Assembly: GCA_964016885.1 (NCBI GenBank) | Contig: OZ024747.1 | Coordinates: forward strand, 61,194,001-61,258,000 | Length of the DNA: 64,000 nt | From: Eledone cirrhosa | Lineage: Eukaryota | Direction: 5' to 3' | Shown: positions 58,718-64,000 of the stretch, in pieces | Position numbering within the stretch: the stretch's first letter is position 1 | How the letters are laid out: each line of letters begins with the position of its first letter | The notes under the pieces: model-generated | What the model was told of the DNA's origin: nothing | What the model saw: the letters and a program-made list of their open reading frames with translations, nothing else | The model's database searches: none | Translations under genes and position numbers: made by a program

Positions 58718-59094
58718 CCCTTTAGCATTTACATTACTCTAGATTTACTATTGTATTTTTATGTTAAAGTCTTTATCTCACATAATTATCTCATTATATC
58801 AAATCTGAGTTCAAATCCAGCCGAGGTTAACTTTGCCTTTCATCCTTACGGGGTCGATAAAATAAAGTACCAGTAATCATTATCATCGTTTAACGTCCAT
58901 GTTCCACGCTTGCATGGGTAATTGCTGGCCTTGTGCCAAAAGTAGAAACGATTATATCAAATCTATGAGATTTTGATATTATTTATTTTGAGAACAATAC
59001 CTTAATGTCAGTATGAGCAGCCAGTTACAGCCAATTTGAACAGAAAAAGGTGAGAGAATTCTGGTCGGATATGAATGGTTTAAATGATAAAGGG
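58718..59094. mobile_element. MITE C containing a truncated SINE A (58807-58950), which itself contains an RTE tail
   Basis: TTAA TSD; SINE TSD ATTATATCAAATCT at 58793-58806 and 58951-58964; CATCGTTTAACGTCCATGTTCCACGCTTGCATGGG at ~58878-58918. Confidence 0.85.
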
Positions 59095-60844
59095 TTAAAC
59101 AAGTTTACATGTGGGGCAAAATTAAGGACACAATCAGAATCTTTAATAAAATTGTATCTAATATAGGCACAAGCAATAGGCAGCAATTTTGGGAGGGGGT
59201 GAAAGTTAATTCACAAACAGACTATTCCATTAATCGAACAACTGGAATACTCATTGCTGAAACTGAAGGTGGTCCATTCCATTTATATATGTATATATAT
59301 ACACACATATGTGTGTGTATCATCATCATTTAACATCCATTTTCCACGTTGGCATGGGTTAGAGGGGTTGTCCCATTTAAGGAAAGTTGGGTCAGGTAAC
59401 CATGTCTTGCTCATACAGAACTGTTTCTAGCTTGGATTCTATGGCTGGATGCTCTTCCTAATGCCAACCACATTTACAGTGTGGGCTGGGTGGTATTTGT
59501 TATGACACCTACGCAACCACTTTACATTGTGGACTGTATATATATATATAGAGAGAGAGAGAGAGTGATTAGGTATCGGGAGAGAGAAGAGAGTGGAAAT
59601 ATGGTTGATACATATATTTAGTTGCCAATAGTTTATACATGTGTGCTCATATATATATATATATATTATATTATACAGATATATGAATAGGTGACCTACA
59701 CTTCCAAGTAAAATATGTTTACTTGTTTTTATACATACACACATCCCTAAACACATATTGTGTGTGTATATATATATTCAGAGGTAACCAGATTAATTCT
59801 TTATGATAGGAAGAAACCGTTTTCCAAACAAACGTAAAAGAAATCCCTCAGGAAATATATTTAACATCATTCATATTTTATATCAGGGAAAACAAAAATC
59901 ATTTCAGTCTATATATATATATATATTTTAAACGTTTTTAAACTGCTTTAAATGTTCAATAAATTTCTGTTTAATCTATATTAGGAAAAACAAAGCAAAG
60001 AAAACAAAGATGATATGTAAACATCAATGTATATAAATGAAATTTCCTATATGATTCACTGGACCTTTTTTTTTTTTTTTTTTTATTACTTGATGCGATC
60101 AGCTTTGATGTTTATACTGCAATACACAGAAACTGGCCAGGAATTATATGAAAGCTATATGCTACACCTGGGACTTCCACATAAATGTTAAGCTTTCCAT
60201 TTTTGTGTGTGTTTTATTTTGAAACACAATTTTGATATTAGCCGGGTATTTCTTCCTATGAAATGTGATGAGAAACAGATCTACATTATTGAAAAACAAC
60301 AAACAAACAAAATAACCCCTACAAAACCTGACTAAATCTGATTTCCATGTTTAACAAATATACTTCACTCTAATGCTTTTGATAGCAAACTGCTTGAAAC
60401 TGCTTCTTGTTTGTTCTACAATACAAAACTGTTTTAAAGTGTTTATAGTCATCTAGAATACTTCTCTCGTAATTTTATGTAAGAAACTTTCAATTATGTT
60501 CACAATTATGTTCACCTCTTTCTGTTCAAACTGGCTGTAACTGGCCTCTCATACTGATGTTAAGTTATTGTTCTCAAAATAAATAACATTAAAATCTCAT
60601 AGATTCGATATTATGTGAGATAATTATGTGAACGAAAATACAATAGTATATATAATTGTTTCTACTTTTGGCCAGCAATTACTCAGTACACGCTGTTTCG
60701 AAAATATTCTTACCATATATATATATGTATGTATATATATATATATATGTATGTATATCATCATCTTCGTTTAACGTCCATTTTCCACGCTAGCATGGTA
60801 TATACATATATATATTATGTATGTATGTATATATATATATATGT

Positions 60845-61058
60845 TATGTTGGTACCACAACATCCAGGCCGAAACAAATGAGGTCGTGTAGGTGTCACGA
60901 CAAAAAAAAACACACAGTCCACGCTGTAAGGGCATCCAGCCGTAGAAAACCCACCAGACAGTCCTATGCGAGCAAGACAACCACTCTTGCCTCAAGTGGG
61001 AAAAACCCCGTCCAAACCCATGCAAGCGTGGAATATGGACGTTAAACGATGATGATGA
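60845..61058 (+). mobile_element. RTE 3' UTR fragment (same subfamily as 17185)
   Basis: GGTACCACAACATCCAG...CCCATGCAAGCGTGGAATATGGACGTTAAACGATGATG. Confidence 0.8.
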
Positions 61059-61282
61059 TATATGTATGTATGTATATATATATGTATGTATGTATATATA
61101 TATATGTATGTATATATATAGGTATGTATGTATGTATATATATGTATGTATGTATATATATATATGTATGTATATATATATATAAGTATGTATGTATATA
61201 TATATATAAGTATGTATGTATATATATATATAAGTATGTATGTATATATATATGTATGTATGTATATATGTATGTATGTATG

Positions 61283-61313
<31 letters not shown>

Positions 61314-61374
61314 ATATGTATATATGTATGTATGTATATATGTATGTATGTATATATATATGTATGTATGTATT

Positions 61375-61986
61375 GTCATGTCACCAGTTGGTGCTACTGG
61401 TAACATGTATCCCAGTACAACCTGTCTCATGGTCGGGTCGTTGGCGACTAAACTGGCAACCCCACCAAGGTTTCTTGGTGAGGAGGGTGACTTTGGACAT
61501 CCTGCAGGACTAAAAACAAAACCTGTCAAAGGGCAAAGGAGCTCTTAAGAGTCAATGGCCATCCAAAATCACCGGGAGAGATGACCCCTTAGCCTTTGTC
61601 AAGGCAGAATTCTAGGAGAAGGAAAACTCTGATATAACACCTGCAACCCTGATGGTATCCAATGATGTTGACTTGTTCTTCTTTTTGGTAAATATCATCT
61701 TGGTTAAGAGAGTGGGACTGGCTTTGTGCAGTGCCTTTGCACACTATAAAAGCTTCACGACACAGGCATTGCTTTATATCTGGAGATCTCTCTGCACTTG
61801 TCGTCACATGATACCATGGGCCCAGCACTATGTGTCAATAATGGTCACAGGTGTAGTGTTTGTACCAGAGTTTTCAGGTCGCTGGCTGGACTAAAAAGTC
61901 ACACTCGTTCAGCGCATCGGTAGGGGTTCTCCTACATGGATATAAAGTAGTGGCCGTACTCGAAAACAAGTTGGCAGCCACCATGT
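61375..61986 (+). mobile_element. 612-bp bipartite RTE derivative, copy 2
   Basis: Colinear with 49925-50536 without indels; embedded in (TATG)n. Confidence 0.8.
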
Positions 61987-62403
61987 ATGTATATATATAT
62001 GTATGTATGTATATATATATATATATATGTATGTATATATATATGTATGTATATATATATGTATGTATATATATATGTATGTATATATATATGTATTTAT
62101 GTATATATATATGTATGTATATATATATGTATGTATGTATATATATATATGTATGTATGTATATATATATATGTATGTATGTATATATATATGTATGTAT
62201 GTATATATATAGGTATGTATGTATATATATATGTATGTATGTATATATATATGTATGTATATATATATATGTATGTATATATGTATGTGTATATATATAT
62301 ATATATGTATGTATGTATATATATAGGTATGTATGTATATATATATGTATGTATGTATATATATATGTATGTATATATATATATGTATGTATATATGTAT
62401 GTG

Positions 62404-62434
<31 letters not shown>

Positions 62435-62924
62435 GTATATATATATGTATGTATGTATATATATATGTATGTATATATATATGTATGTATGTATATATAT
62501 ATGTATGTATGTATATATATATGTATGTATGTATGTATATATATATGTATGTATGTATATATATAGGTATGTATGTATGTATGTATGTATATATATATAT
62601 ATGTATGTATGTATATATGTACTTACAGTAAACATTGATGCAATTCACTTCAAGCTCTCTACGTACTTTTTCCACATGGGAATGACAGAGTATATTTAGA
62701 ATAAGAAAATGTAAAGTAGTTGTAGATGTTAAAGTCTTTTATTGATAAGGCTGTGATACATATTTCAATGACGACAGTGGCCACACGATTCCATGCAACC
62801 AGTGCCATGATCTCATCAGACAGCTTCATTACATAATAAGGTTACATTCTCAAGGCAATCCGAACTAAAACAAGAAGGGAACAGACAAAGATGATGTTCT
62901 TGAAGCCTTCACCAATATATATCC

Positions 62925-63422
62925 TCATCATCATCATCATCATTTTATGTCCGCTCTTCCCTGCTTGCAAAGGTGGGACGGGTCTTATTCAGCACAGCAT
63001 CTCTCCACTTGTCACGGTCCTTCATCATCTCCACCGTGAGCTTCAGTGATCTGAGGTCTGTTCTCACCACCTCTGCCCATATTTTTTGTGGTCTACCTCT
63101 ACCACGTCTTCCTTCAACTGGCATTTCCTGGCACTTCTTCACCCATCGGTCATCCTCCATGCGTATCACATGTCCATACCACCTCAGTCTCCTCTCTCGC
63201 ACACTACGTTCTATCCCTCTCAGACACATTCATGCTGGGTCGTTCATTGCACATCCAACGGAGCATGCTTGCCTCATTTCGCTCCAACCGTCGCATATCC
63301 TCTGCAGTTGCTGCCCATGTCTCACTACCATGCAACATCGCGCTCCTCACACAGGCATCATATAACCGGCCTTTCGTACACAGGGAGAAACCCTTCTTCA
63401 TCAGCAGAGGAAGCAGCTCCCT
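62925..63422 (-). mobile_element. 5'-truncated RTE LINE 3' end, frameshifted
   Basis: RELLPLL..KGRLYDACVRSAMLHGSETW / RERRLRWYGHVIRM..GRGRPQKIW; (GAT)n tail. Confidence 0.9.
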
Positions 63423-63430
63423 AATATATA

Positions 63431-63461
<31 letters not shown>

Positions 63462-63498
63462 ATCCATATACATACATATATATATGAAAGATCCAGCT

Positions 63499-63555
63499 GA
63501 ACTGTTGCCATTTCAACAGCTAGTTTCAAACTAGCTGTTGAAATGGCAATAGTTT
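63499..63555. repeat. Near-perfect hairpin (27-bp arms, 1-nt loop) at the start of a dispersed PLE-like repeat
   Basis: AACTGTTGCCATTTCAACAGCTAGTTT-C-AAACTAGCTGTTGAAATGGCAATAGTT. The downstream sequence is homologous to 44370-44505. Confidence 0.75.
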
Positions 63556-63862
63556 AGTTATCATGGTCCTGACTCTTTCATATTACCACACTCTACTACC
63601 TCAAGTATCAAGTACTCTTGTGAGTAATGGTCTAACAGGTTTTTACTGCATCCATTTTAATTTATATATATGTGTGTGGCAGAAACTCAAGTTCGGGTAT
63701 AAATTGAAGGTACCCATTTACGTGTGTTGTGTTAAAACAAATAACTATGTGTATACTTTGGGAGTTTACTTATCATTACCTATGGTGTACACTGAGATAC
63801 AACCGGTACTAGTAGTGAAACCCATGCTAGTCCCATCAACTTATTCTTATATATATATGTAT

Positions 63863-64000
63863 GTAATACAGACGACCCAACTTCCCACAGGTACAAGCCG
63901 AATCTGAAGCATATAGACAATATGCCCCCATCCCCTTCCACTGCAAAGTGGTCGTGGAGATGCCACACTGTAAAGTGGTCGTGGAGACTCTACAGAAAAA
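63863..64000 (+). mobile_element. RTE ORF-end/3' UTR fragment (family of the 39397 LINE), running off the window
   Basis: GTAATACAG..CCCACAGGTACA..CTGAAGCATATAGACAATATGCCCCC..GTGGTCGTGGAG aligns with 40220-40315. Confidence 0.75.

Overview
AT-rich, microsatellite-dense eukaryotic DNA. The repeat complement (tRNA-derived SINEs with (GAT)n tails, RTE LINE remnants) suggests a cephalopod, probably Octopus; this is inference. I see no supportable host protein-coding gene, so the window looks intronic or intergenic, and nearly all long ORFs in the track are repeat artefacts. Real content: (1) a full-length but frameshifted hAT/Tip100-type transposon (6669-10775, 8-bp TSD) carrying an RTE tail and a fragment of a second hAT; (2) maT and mariner relics and a pogo-type MITE; (3) TTAA/piggyBac-type MITEs; (4) three non-autonomous Helitrons; (5) RTE and CRE LINE fragments, two SINE superfamilies and a 612-bp bipartite RTE derivative in two copies; (6) several minisatellites traceable to mobile elements. 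The most striking structure is a near-perfect 258-bp palindrome (14788-15045) encoding an intact minimal type I hammerhead ribozyme on each strand. It is one of several Penelope-like palindromes inserted in (TA)n/(CA)n tracts.
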